DNA of 64,000 bases from Mytilus californianus (taxonomy: Eukaryota). The notes beneath the pieces are model-generated. The model had not been told where the DNA came from, ran no database searches, and worked only from the letters and a program-made list of their open reading frames with translations. The number at the start of each line of letters is the position of its first letter. Position 1 is the stretch's first letter. Position numbers and translations under genes: made by a program. Below are positions 1-11,835 of this stretch, one piece after another. Location: NCBI RefSeq assembly GCF_021869535.1, contig NW_026262690.1:93248001-93312000 (forward strand), read 5' to 3'.

Positions 1-458
1 AAAATACATATCAGCAAAATACTTCCTCTAACTAATCAGAAATCAATATGTCTTGTTTGAACTGAATAAGCAAAATAATGTTGGAAATTGGTTTATAGTT
101 TTTGTGATATATTTCCTTCTAAAATCTCCACCTAGAAACCGTAAGCTAACATGGACAAACTGGCGTCTGGATCAATATTTACTTTCATACACCAGACCAT
201 GAAAGGGTTATACTAGTAATAAGGTTTTCCCAGTGATCCATATTCATAGACACGCTCAGAATGAATTTCCTTCGATATGCTTTTCTAGATATATTTTAAG
301 TCTTAACGCTCAGAGACATTTGTATGGAAAACAAGAGCAAAGTAAGACTAAGAGCAACACCGATCCAGAGTTCCAACTGTCTTTATCACATTCTCGTCTT
401 CTTTTCCTCGAATATGACTACCGAATTAGACTTATCACCGGGTTTATACTTATATGAG

Positions 459-672
459 TAACACGACGGGTGCCACATGTAGTCAAGGATCTGGTAACCC
501 TGAGTACCTCAGTTTTTTGTAGGGTTCGCGTTTCTCAATCTTCAAATTTTCTATGTTGTATTTTGTAAACTTTTGTTTGTCTTTTGGTCGTTATTCGTTT
601 TTTGCAATGGTATTTTCGCTTTGTTTTCGACTTAGGAGTTTGACTATCCCTTGGTAGCTTCCGCGTCTCTAA
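459..672 (+). mobile_element. High-copy bivalve retroelement 3'-end fragment (associated with the Penelope-like family)
   Basis: Begins gagtaacacgacgggtgccacatg. Similar tails occur at about 12468-12680 and fused to the PLE RT at 31946-32030. Confidence 0.6.
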
Positions 673-954
673 TGAACAGAAGCGATGATATGTCATTTTT
701 ATAAAGGTGTTTTTAAAACGTTAGTTTAATAAAATACAAAATTTACATGCATGTTATAAACGACTATTAACGATGCGGTGACATAAACCAAAACTATAGC
801 TGTGCATTTGCAGACATACTCTTTTTGTGTGGTGAGTAAATAACACAAACAGAATTGTCCTCCTGTTTTTATTCTATACTTTTTTTTAATTTTGCACGTT
901 AACTTATAGAGTATTCAAAGCATGTTAAAAGAAAAAAAACTACCTAAGACACCC

Positions 955-1206
955 TTAAGAAAGTATTTGTTTGATGTTGCCTACCCATGCTTTTTAAGGT
1001 TGGGTAGGAAGGTAGGTTTTTTTTTTTTTATTTTTTTATTTGGCCTACAGCATCAGTTACCCGTTTGAGACAAAAAAACAACGGAAGAACAGGAAAAAAT
1101 CTTTAAAAAAAATTTAAGACAGTTTGTGTCATAAATTTTTTTCGGTAGGCTGCTCTTTACTAATTTAGGTGGGTAGGTAAGCAACATCAAACAATTTTAA
1201 TTCTAG
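955..1206. mobile_element. Small MITE-like inverted-repeat element
   Basis: ttgtttgatgttgcctaccc (967-986) is inverted at 1171-1194 with a 4-nt indel. TSD not evident. Confidence 0.55.
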
Positions 1207-2454
1207 TTTTGGCTGTAATTAAAGTCTTCAAATAGAAATGAGGCAGTTTCATTTTTCCTGTTGAGTTTTGTGCATGTTCTAATCAACCTGTCTTTGCAGT
1301 TCAAAGTTTCATACATTTTTTCTGCTTTACATTCAAATACCTAGATTATACTCAGTTTTGTAGTTTCAACAGAAAATATGATAGTTCTTTTTTCCATTCG
1401 TTTGATGTGTTTGAGCTTTTGATTTTGCCATTTGAGAACAGACTTTCCGTTTTGAATTTTCCTTGCAGTTCGGTATTTTTGTTATTTTACTTTTTTAATA
1501 CCAGCAAAACACTACATATTTTGAAAAGGGATTGAACATGTTGAAATGGACTGAACAAAAGGGAATCATTGTGTTTAAAAAAAAAACAAATAACAAAACT
1601 GGAAGGTTTATGTTGAAAATGGTGATCAAAATGGTAGTCTCAATTCAAGGTTTCGTACATTTTATCTTCAATATATTCAGACGGTCCAAATAATTCAATT
1701 ATACAAAAACTGAAATAATGATGGTTAAAGTTCGATAGTTATGATATTACAATGCATGGTGGACTATTTGAAAACGGTCTATACCGACTGAAACTGACTG
1801 CAAGCAAGGCATCGGAACAATAGTAAATCATTGAGTAACTAATAACAAACTTGACTTTCTATATCTAAAATTTTCCCGATTGATACAACTGATCATTTTT
1901 AATTCGAACAATTTCCCTATATTGATATATAAAGTGTTTTCATGAGGATTTTTGTGCATTTCCTTTGATTTGAGATATTAACAATAGCATGAATAGAAAA
2001 AAAAACAATATAGTTCCTGACTGAATTTTATTATGTCAGTTAGATAATTACATCCAAACTTTTGTTATAATTGATTGAAGGAAGTTGTCCTTCATAATTG
2101 AAATGCAGCATTTTGCAGGAATGGTAATTGTGTTAATTTTCCCTTTCAATTATAATGTTTTCAACCAAATCAATGATTTGAAAGCCCCGTAACGTAAATT
2201 TTTAAAAACTTAGTCAGCACCTTTGTGTTCACATGAATGGTCAAAACTATTAAGTAATTGTTTACAAAACTTTTAATTTTTCGAAATACTAATGTTTTAT
2301 ATCCCAGGAATAGATTACATTAGCTGTATTTGACAAAACCCTTTGGATATTTTGGTCATCAACTTCGACTTCGAATTTTATCTGGTTTATTTTTTTTTTT
2401 TTATTCGAGCGTCACTGGTGAGTTTTCTGTAGACTAAACATGCATTTCCTAAAA

Positions 2455-2720
2455 TGATTTCCTTTATAGAAGATTGCTGCTTACCAGGAAGCTATTAAAC
2501 CAAGGGTTCAAAGTGGTGAAGTTGAAGTCATCCCTTCGAAACTTTACAGACGCCATCACTTGTTGGTTGACCGTTATGGAATTCTTTAGTTTTTCATGCT
2601 TTATTTTGTGAATGAATTGTTTGTTTTTGTTGTTTTTCGTTTTTTGCCAGTGCGTTAATTGTCAGTGTGTTTCCACATTATGAGCTTGAATATTCCTTTG
2701 GTATTTTCCGGGTCTCTTTT
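2455..2720 (+). mobile_element. Penelope-like element C-terminal fragment plus tail
   Basis: Translates DFLYRRLLLTRKLLNQGFKVVKLKSSLRNF-(frameshift)-RRHH..VDRYG, followed by the shared T-rich tail. Confidence 0.7.
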
Positions 2721-3045
2721 GTGGAAATACTTTATGGGTTTTAGAAGGTCTCAATATCTTTTTTTCGCAAATTCGTGGGCAAAGAAAGGTATATATTTTT
2801 CTTTCAACTGTTTATTTTAAATATGATGTATTATTTACGACGTATTCCAATTCGCTGTTGTTTGCTGGTAAAATTTGATTTCGAACGATTTTTTGGTTGG
2901 TAAATAAAATAACTCTATATTTTACAATTTTATTTTATTAAGAAAAGATTTTTGTTTAAAAGCACCATAAAGAAATACTGCTAAATGCTAACCTTTTTGT
3001 ACATTTCATGACAAAACTTTTCCATAACTACAAATTCAGATTGCA

Positions 3046-4284
3046 TCAATTCAATCTACACTTTCTTAATAGTTTTTTACTTTCTTTTCTAAATGTGTTG
3101 TTCATCAGGCTATATATGATCGGATTGATAAAATTGCTGATAAAATAAGACCTTACACACAAATTGTAAATAATTTCATCGGGTCCTGAATTCATGTCTA
3201 CAAATGCAACTTTAGAAAAACGTAAAATATTTACAACAAGATATGGAACAAAGCTAACCAAAAAAGCTATAAAAACTGCCAAAAATATATATGTAGTTCT
3301 CAGATATCTCCTTGAAGATTTCCGTCTTCGCTTTACTGTACCGCCATTGCTTGATACGTTGTTACTATCATCTCCTTTTCCTGGTTCGCTCTCTGCCCGG
3401 AAGTAGTATACTATATGTTCCTTTAACTGACTGAAACTACTAGATTTACGTACTTTATTTTTGTGAAATTTACTGTCGTCATCAGAAAATGTTGTAGATT
3501 CTTCCTCGCTGACTAAAGATTTTATTCTATCATTGTTTATTCTGCTGCCGACAAACATAGTCCGCCGTCGGTTAATCTCACGCCCTATCAGCACGTACAA
3601 CGTCACGAAAATGGCAAACGTTATAGTAAATGCTCCAATTAATGTGCCGTAATAAATAAGGGGCCATGGCTTTCCTTTCATTGTGTCTGAAGTTGAACAC
3701 TCTTGTCCATACAAATTTGGCACAGAGGTCAAGGCATTTCTTAAACCGTATATAACTAGTGCTGGCCACGAAAAAACTGCTCCAATGAAAAATGAAAATA
3801 GACATAGTTTCTGAACTTTAGCCATTGGAAAACTTTTTAAAGGCTTACACACTTTATAGTATCTGTCAAAAGCTACGCAAATGAGTATGATGCAAGATGA
3901 GATTATCGTAAAGCTTAAAACAAATCTCAAAAATTTGCATGCAGCTGCAGATGGGAACACAAATGGTTGAAACAGATCGGCCAGTTCCGATGGCATCCCA
4001 ATGGAACATGACACTAGATCGAGTATAGCCAAATATAGTATGAAATAATGAGACGGAGCTCGCTTGATTTTGAATATATAAACAATGCAAACTATAGTAT
4101 TTCCAATAATTCCTATTATCATCATTAAAAAGACTAGAATAATAACCGGAAGCAACACAACAACTTTTCCATCGTTCAGTCGACGCAGCAAGTCCGTTGT
4201 GTCCAAATTGGAATAGTTTTCACTGTGATTGCTGTTGTAAGGCATGACTGTTATAGTCCTATTTTGAGTAAAACTGTAATTCAT
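3046..4284 (-). CDS. Class A (rhodopsin-like) GPCR, single coding exon, 412 aa; CCK/orexin-receptor-like orphan type
   Basis: Seven hydrophobic segments, TM1 GN (IIGNTIVC), TM2 LAILD, TM3 DRY (FDRYYKVC), TM7 NPIIY. N-terminal NxS/T sequons and a long basic ICL3. Minus-strand acceptor (cttccctcttttgcag, AG at 4349-4348) 63 nt upstream of the ATG implies upstream non-coding exon(s). Ligand not assignable. Confidence 0.95.
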   Translation of the reverse strand: MNYSFTQNRTITVMPYNSNHSENYSNLDTTDLLRRLNDGKVVVLLPVIILVFLMMIIGIIGNTIVCIVYIFKIKRAPSHYFILYLAILDLVSCSIGMPSELADLFQPFVFPSAAACKFLRFVLSFTIISSCIILICVAFDRYYKVCKPLKSFPMAKVQKLCLFSFFIGAVFSWPALVIYGLRNALTSVPNLYGQECSTSDTMKGKPWPLIYYGTLIGAFTITFAIFVTLYVLIGREINRRRTMFVGSRINNDRIKSLVSEEESTTFSDDDSKFHKNKVRKSSSFSQLKEHIVYYFRAESEPGKGDDSNNVSSNGGTVKRRRKSSRRYLRTTYIFLAVFIAFLVSFVPYLVVNILRFSKVAFVDMNSGPDEIIYNLCVRSYFISNFINPIIYSLMNNTFRKESKKLLRKCRLN

Positions 4285-7200
4285 TTTTCTATATTCCTCT
4301 GTTTCTATTGATTCTATTCATGTTATATTTCCTTTAACAAGCAAGACCTGCAAAAGAGGGAAGTTTTAGATACACGTCCCGTGACAAAGTGACATATTTA
4401 TCATTCTTAAGATTAGTACAAACAGTTTAACTTCCTATATTCATTTAACACGGTAAGAGAGTCGTGTTTTCTTAACAAAGATATACTGATATAATATGAC
4501 CGAGTATCCAGTTCCTTAAATTTACAAGAAAATGATGATATAGTGATAACATTTCACCTTTTGCTACAATAAGTTTTCTGAGTAAATTGTAAAACGTTAA
4601 ATAGCGCACGTCAGAAATTTTTCAAGTGCAATCACCGGTTTAAAATCCACTAAACTGTTTGGATGCCCTGTATATATAAGTCAGTGTTTGATTTTGAATT
4701 CTAAATCAATATTGATTTTTAATCGATTGCATGAATCTTCTATTATTCTCTCATGTGTTAAATGTTTTCTCAAACGTCAAATAGCAACGTCATAGCAGAT
4801 TACTAATGTCAACAGATAAATAAAAGGTGAAGATATATATCTGCTTGACCACTGTTCGCATATCGACATGGGTACCAAAAAGAAATAAATAATATTAATA
4901 TTAAATCTAATAAAAATATATTCATTTAAAATGCTAACTCAATTGAAAGTTTTCTAATTTTCATTCAGTACATATTTCAAAACAAACTACAAAATTGTAT
5001 ATCCATAAAATCATTAAACCGTTCGTTTGTCAAACTACTGTATACGATTTTGTATTGTAAAATAACTTAGTTTAACCCATTTCATTAACGATAGTAGTAT
5101 TGAAGATTTTAGAAGTCTTGAAAACATTTTTTTAAAAGTAAAAAGCCCATAGTAAAGCAAAATTTTGTATTCTTAAAATACAGACAACAAGCTAAGAAAA
5201 ATGTCTGTAATATATATTTAAAGCTTCACAAATTATATGATTTTTTTGTGAACCTCCTGGTTGTTCAGACATCGGTTTTAGTTTGTTACCCGGATTTGTT
5301 TTTGCTTAATCGAAATATGACTATTGAACAGCGGTATACTACTGTTGCCTTTATTTAGACGTCACAGTTGTACGCTTTATTTTAAAAAGTGGGAAAAAAA
5401 TGAACATTTTTAGTTATTTTTTAAATATTGTTGTAGTTCATGGATAAATCAGTCCACACCAACAAAAAACGGGGTTAAAATCATGTGCTTCTAAAGGATA
5501 ATCAGTTCCTGTTCAACTAGTTCTATGCACCCGTCGTTTTGTTCATGTCAAGTTTTATCTGATCGATTGAATTTCAAAAATGTCACAATTGAACAAAATA
5601 GAATGGAATTGTGGCTACGACAACTGCAACACATATGTGACATAGATATTCCATAAATGGCGTCCGTAAACGCTTTAAGGGAAGACTTCATCTGTACCAT
5701 TTGAAACCCTTGTTTCTACGTGTATATCCTCCGTGTAATCTGCAATCCTCTATCAAGGAAGCTATGATAGCAAACTAAAGACCTGGAATATCGTGAAAAC
5801 GTGGCGAAAAACACATCACACGCAGTGGCTGCTTAAATGTCAAGTAAAAAAAAAATTCAAAATGCGAATCTTTCAATCATATCTTTCGTTCTAAAGTTAA
5901 TCTCTCAACCGAATATCATTGTCAATTTTGTAGATGTAAGTCAAGAAATGAAGCAGATAAACTATGTCTGCGATATCCTTTATTCCCCATTCAATTGGAT
6001 AGATGGGATCAATTAAGGCGACAGTAGTTTATCTATGTTTATATCTCGTATATCAAATAGGAAGAGACAAATCGAGTTAAAAAAAACCTGAGGGAATCGC
6101 ATGAACTCCAAAAGCAGCGAGACTGGGATCGTCGACATGGTAAGCAAATCCTGCTATACATAGTCACCAAACTTTGATTAATGCGTTTATTTAATGTTTG
6201 GCTGTTCTTATTGATTCAATGAATTAAATCTTTGCATATCAATTAACACCTTAAATCATGGCAACTTTTTTAAATGCTAGATAACTTTCTAAAATTTCAA
6301 AATGATTTCTTACCTATGTCATTAACTTGGTAATAATACAGAGTCCATGTTTGAATGTGTTTTAACTTTCCAGACCACGTGTTGGTGAAATATAATGGAA
6401 CCTGTCCTTAGTCTCAAATCCGCAATCAACTAATCCGAAAATGTTAGTCTTCTTTAAATAATTATTCTGTCCTTGTATTCATTAACATTTAAACCGTTAA
6501 ATCCTTTAACAAGATTTAGGCTTTAGAACTTACAATTGTGATCAAATATTAGTTAAAATATTACTTAACACTCAATTATGATTCAAAGAAAATTACCGGT
6601 CAAGTATTAATAATATTTCATTTAATGATCTGGGTCGTCTATATCAGATGTAACATCTTAATAACCACTTATACAAGTGTCCCATCGTGTCATAAGACAT
6701 GACAATATCTTAAACAGTTAAACAAGTAGAAATTTATGAAAATTGACATGATAAAGGTCACATATAGGTGGGCGATGTACCAGTTTAACTACATGTATAT
6801 ATTCCCATAGAATTGTCAATTGAGATGGGTTAATTTCCATACCCCCTTTTTTAATACATCGCATATAAAACTATTTTATTGTTATTTCATAAGGCTGACT
6901 GAACACGTTTTCATTGTGAGAATGTTTTCAATTGTTCGGTTTCAGAATAAGTAAATGGTTTCTATGTCTTGTCCTCGTAATTTTGCTATATCATGCAATT
7001 ATATGATAAAAGTTGATATACCCCTGTAAACTTAATCCCTCTCAAGGCAGTACTGAAGGACAATGTGAAAACTAATTGTGTGTCGGCCTTCGTCTTTAGA
7101 CAAAGCTTTTAAAAAAGATTTTTGTTAGATTTTTATATATGATTAGACTAGTAACATGTATAATAAATTCAATGTTAGCCACAAACTTACAGAGGACAGA

Positions 7201-7728
7201 ATATTGCTCTACATTGATCATGTCAAATAAGTCATTTCAAATTAAATAGAACAAAAACAAACAAAAATGATTTTTTTGCTTTTAATCATTTAACAGGTTA
7301 ATTTGAGCACGACACGTCAAATAGGGAATAGGTTCCAAAATGAACAATTATCCGAATTTCTCCAGTGTTAATAAATTGATTTGGATAAATTCTTTATACT
7401 TGAAATGAAACAATATTCATGAAAAATGTGACACATTATCTAAGAATTTAATAGTTTTTAATTAAAGTACTAAAAATTAGTAGTCCACAAAAAATTATTA
7501 AAACTGACACTTTTCGAGTCCATTTACCTTTTTAATCGGAAAATTAAGAAGGAGCATCATCATTTCTTATTTATTTCGTGCTATGAAACAATACAAAACA
7601 ACAACAATATATCCTTCTATGTATATTTACCTTTGGTGATTGAAGATAAGGTCTCTGTTGGGTATTGTTGTTTTAATTATACATTAAAATGTGCTAAAGA
7701 TTCAATACACTTTTTACCGGGGCGCTTA

Positions 7729-8898
7729 GGGGACGACCATTTGATATTCTGGAGGGGGGGGGGGGGGGGGGGGGCAGGAGGATTTTGAAAATAAATAACT
7801 CAGCCTTGATAATCACAAAAATAAATGGTTTGTTCTGTGGTAGTTTGAAAATAAATAACCTGACTTGCAATGTATTAAAAATAAATAACTCGGCAGGTCT
7901 ATTTGAGAGCATGAGATTGCACCAGATTCTTCATAAAATTCAACTTTTTTTTCAAAAAAAATCGGGAATCACTTCCCAAATCTTTGATTAATAAAAGTAT
8001 AAATATTATTTAAAAAACTTGAAATGTCTGAAAAATGGGTTTCATTTAACTTGAGGTATATTGTCTCAGGAACACTTAACTCACTTTTATTACATATGGC
8101 AGTAACTACATTCAGGCAAATGCCTCATGTAGGAAATTTCAAAACCAAAAGCTTGTCTTCATATCAAATTGTTTTCACGGCAAGTGTCTTGTAAGAAGCA
8201 AGTTCTGTTCTCCCTCAGACGTAGCTCCTGTTTTTTGGGGATCAATGTTTCTTATTTATTTGTCTTTTGTTCATTGATTGCCCTTCTGTATTCTGTTAGT
8301 GTTGCATTCCTTTTGTAATTTAGTAATTTTGTTATTAACTTGATCAAGAGTTTAAAAAAAAACAGCAGCCACATACTTAACTATGTGAATTAAATTTTTG
8401 CTTTATATTTGTCTTTTGATGTTGTTCCTAAAAACTTAAGTCTTACACTGAATCTATACATGTTGCTTTGAGACCAAAATATTGTCAAAAAATGATTAAA
8501 ACAGAACTTTCATTTTCAGATTAAGAAAGGGTATGGGAAACACATTTTGCATCATTAGTTCTATAGCAACATGGGGCCTTCAGCGGCTCCAAAACCCTTC
8601 AAATTTTTTTCAGAATGATTAATTCTGATTAAATGGTACATAATGATTGGACTATTCATGTATTATTTATAATAAAAAATGAATTTAAAAATTGTATGTT
8701 TTCAAATATTATAAATATAGTTGTGAAAATAAATAATCAGTCCCTTGCTTTAATGAAAATGAAAAATCTTGCTTCAACAGTGCAGAAAATAGATAATCTG
8801 TCCTCTTAGTTTACAAAAATAAATAACCGATCAAAAACAAATCCTCCTGCCCCCCCCCCCCCCCCCCCCCCCCCCCAGAATATCAAATGGTCGTCCCC
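7729..8898. mobile_element. PIF/Harbinger-type non-autonomous DNA transposon (1170 bp)
   Basis: TTA TSD (7726-7728, 8899-8901). About 60-bp TIRs: ggggacgaccatttgatattctgg + G-run + caggaggattt. No ORF. Confidence 0.88.
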
Positions 8899-11609
8899 TT
8901 ATGTTTATCCTATGAGAAATACACATCGTTGAAATAAATACGTAAACAGCTTTAAAATATGTAATTAAAGATAGAACTTATTGTTAACATAAGCATTATT
9001 AGCAAATATTGAAAACAATAGCTCCTTCTGTTTGTTTGTATTATCACGCATGGAAAATCACCTTATATTGTGGTTAAAGTCCATGTAAACGGAGATAAAT
9101 AATAAGAAGGTATTTAGATTAAATAACTTCCTGTATACCTTTACATACAGGTAAAAATTACGTTATAGTTTGTACATATATACATGTACATATTTCAAAA
9201 TAATAATATCCTACCTTTAAATTCCAATTATAAGAAAAATTGTCTTGTCGACATTCGTATATTGATACGTGTCTCTCCGAAGAATTTTCTTTTAAAAATG
9301 AAATCCGAATACAAAACATCTATCTAACAGGAAACTTCTTGTCCTGGCTTGAATCCAATTTCACATTATATCGTATATCGTTTGAATGGTGGTTGGAAGA
9401 GCGTAATTGCCGTCACTTAAATATCACGACCATCTAGATAATGTTAAATATTAAAAAAACAATAAATTACTGTAATGTACTACATCCGGACGAGTAACAT
9501 TTAGTTCAATGCACACATGTCCGGTCAACTTTGAATATGATGACCTTTAGTCAGATTTAAAATTCAGACGTTAAGATAAATACCAAAATTATTTTATAGA
9601 GATTAATCGTATTCAACGTTCAAAATCCTTAAAAGCTATTTACAGATATATGTACGCATATAGTATTTAAATATATCTGATTTTGATCTAGCCACTTATC
9701 TAACACCGATGCAATTAATGAAACGTTTTTTATATTCAAATAAGTTACAAAACCAGGCAATTAAAATTTACTATGATAGTTTTTCACACTAAATATACAT
9801 TCAGCCTTTCTTGACGACAACAAACAAATAAAAATATTTATCATTTTATACAACAAACTACCCAACTACACCCAAACATCTGATATATCTTCCGGTGCAT
9901 CTGATTTCATCTGCAGTTTTTAGTGAGGTTCATGTTCCTCAAGTTTGAGTAAATTTACTATGCAAGGTTTTATAACTATCATTTGCATTGTTTTCCTTTT
10001 CGTTATTTTCCATTTAGTCATGGTGTTTTGTCAATCTTCGATTCTTTGACTTTTTTATAGCCCATTGAAATATTCTTGTATGAAATTCTTAATCAAATGT
10101 TTCTAACGTTCCTGACAGAGTATGACTCGTCATTGTATTGACTTTTGCCATTTCAACAATGTTTAATTCAGAAACAAATATCCATTTCCGTAAACGAAAA
10201 ATAAGTTTAAAAACTTTTCTTTAGATATAACTTTAATTATTAATAAGCTGTCGACATCTTTATTACTTTTTAAATGAAAATTCGAATTTTAACTTAAAAT
10301 GGACATCGGAACGTCTTTTTTTTTACATGGGAGAAAAGGATTTATGTCAAAAGGGTATCTGCTGGAAAAAAGTAATTTTCAGTAACGTATAAGATAAGGA
10401 GAAGATATAAAAAAAACAGATGTCAAAGATACACAGACAACACCATAATCTAAAGAAAAACAAAACCAAACAAACAAACAAACAACAGTTAACAATGCAT
10501 TGCACAGAAAAGTAAATATTGAGCAACTCAGGTGATCTGAAAGGGTTCGCAGTTTCTGCTCAACCAGTAATAGCCGTCGTTTTGATCATAAAACATCCGG
10601 CGGGAGAATGGTTATGTTATAAATGAAGAAAATAGACTGGATTGTGGCTACGACAGGTAGAACTGAAACATATCCGTTGTCAAGTTTGGCACAGAAATTG
10701 AATAACGTTCAAGCAAATCAATTTTGTCTGTAAAACATTTGAAAAAAGTATTATAAAAATACCGAGCTACAAGGTAAATTCAAAAAGAGGGGAGTCCATA
10801 AGACCGGACACAATCAAACACTCGACTATATCAACTAATGAAACGAATAAAAACAACTGTAATATTCCGTACTTGAAAGGATGAGTTAAACCTTTATCCT
10901 TACGAATCCTTGTATTAAAAGTTTCGTTGTACGTAGCAAACCCTGTATCAAGGAAATCATAATAGGAAACGCAAGCCCAGGAATATCCTATCAGCTAGGA
11001 GATATATACTCCATATGCAGGTACTATTGGAGTTTTGTTACACACAAATGATAAATTAACAATGGGAAAATCTTTGTTCTAAAGAGTAAGTTTTTAATTT
11101 CGATATGAAGCAGATGGTGTAAGAAAGATACGAGACAGGCGACGTAAGTAAAGGTATGGAGCAGACGACCTAAGTCAAGATATGTATCGGTGGTATCCTT
11201 TATTTCAAGTTGATGTGATATATGCGATCAATGTAGTCACCAAACTTATAAATTATCATTATTCAGAGAGAGGACATCAATTAAATAACGGATCGTGAAG
11301 TTAATGAAAATGATAACTTTTTGGGGTTTTTCTTTAGACGCCCCATGTATGATAATGATAAAAGCATTTTAGTCAAATGCAATACAACTTATGAAGTTTA
11401 GCACCGTATGAATAAAAGAACAAGTCGACTAGAAGAGTAACACAGATGGAAATCTTGTATCAAGTATAGAGAAGCATTATATTTCTATTCTTTGCAAGAG
11501 GAGAGGAATATAGATATATAGATATAGATAGATAGATAAACTCATCATAGATATCAGGCTTAAACGTTTTGGCGCCAAGTAGTAGAAAGTACTCGAACTT
11601 TTCTTTGGA

Positions 11610-11830
11610 GTTGTTGTTTATGTGCATATTGGATTCACACCTATCCTGGTGTAGTAAATTTGAAAGTTACTCTGAAGTTGGGGTTTGATCGCTGGTAAAA
11701 CGATGTTAATAATTTGAAAAGAGGTTTCGTAGAACATTTGACAGAGTTAGATATTAGTTTTGAGTATCAATAAGAGTGAAGAAAGATCCAGTTCATTTTC
11801 TTATGATTGGAATTTTAAAGGAACATAAAC
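11610..11830 (-). mobile_element. Degraded Penelope-like RT fragment
   Basis: Reverse complement resembles 31050-31260 (ELDLSSL...KCSTKPLFKLLTSFYQRS). Confidence 0.65.
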
Positions 11831-11835
11831 ATACC

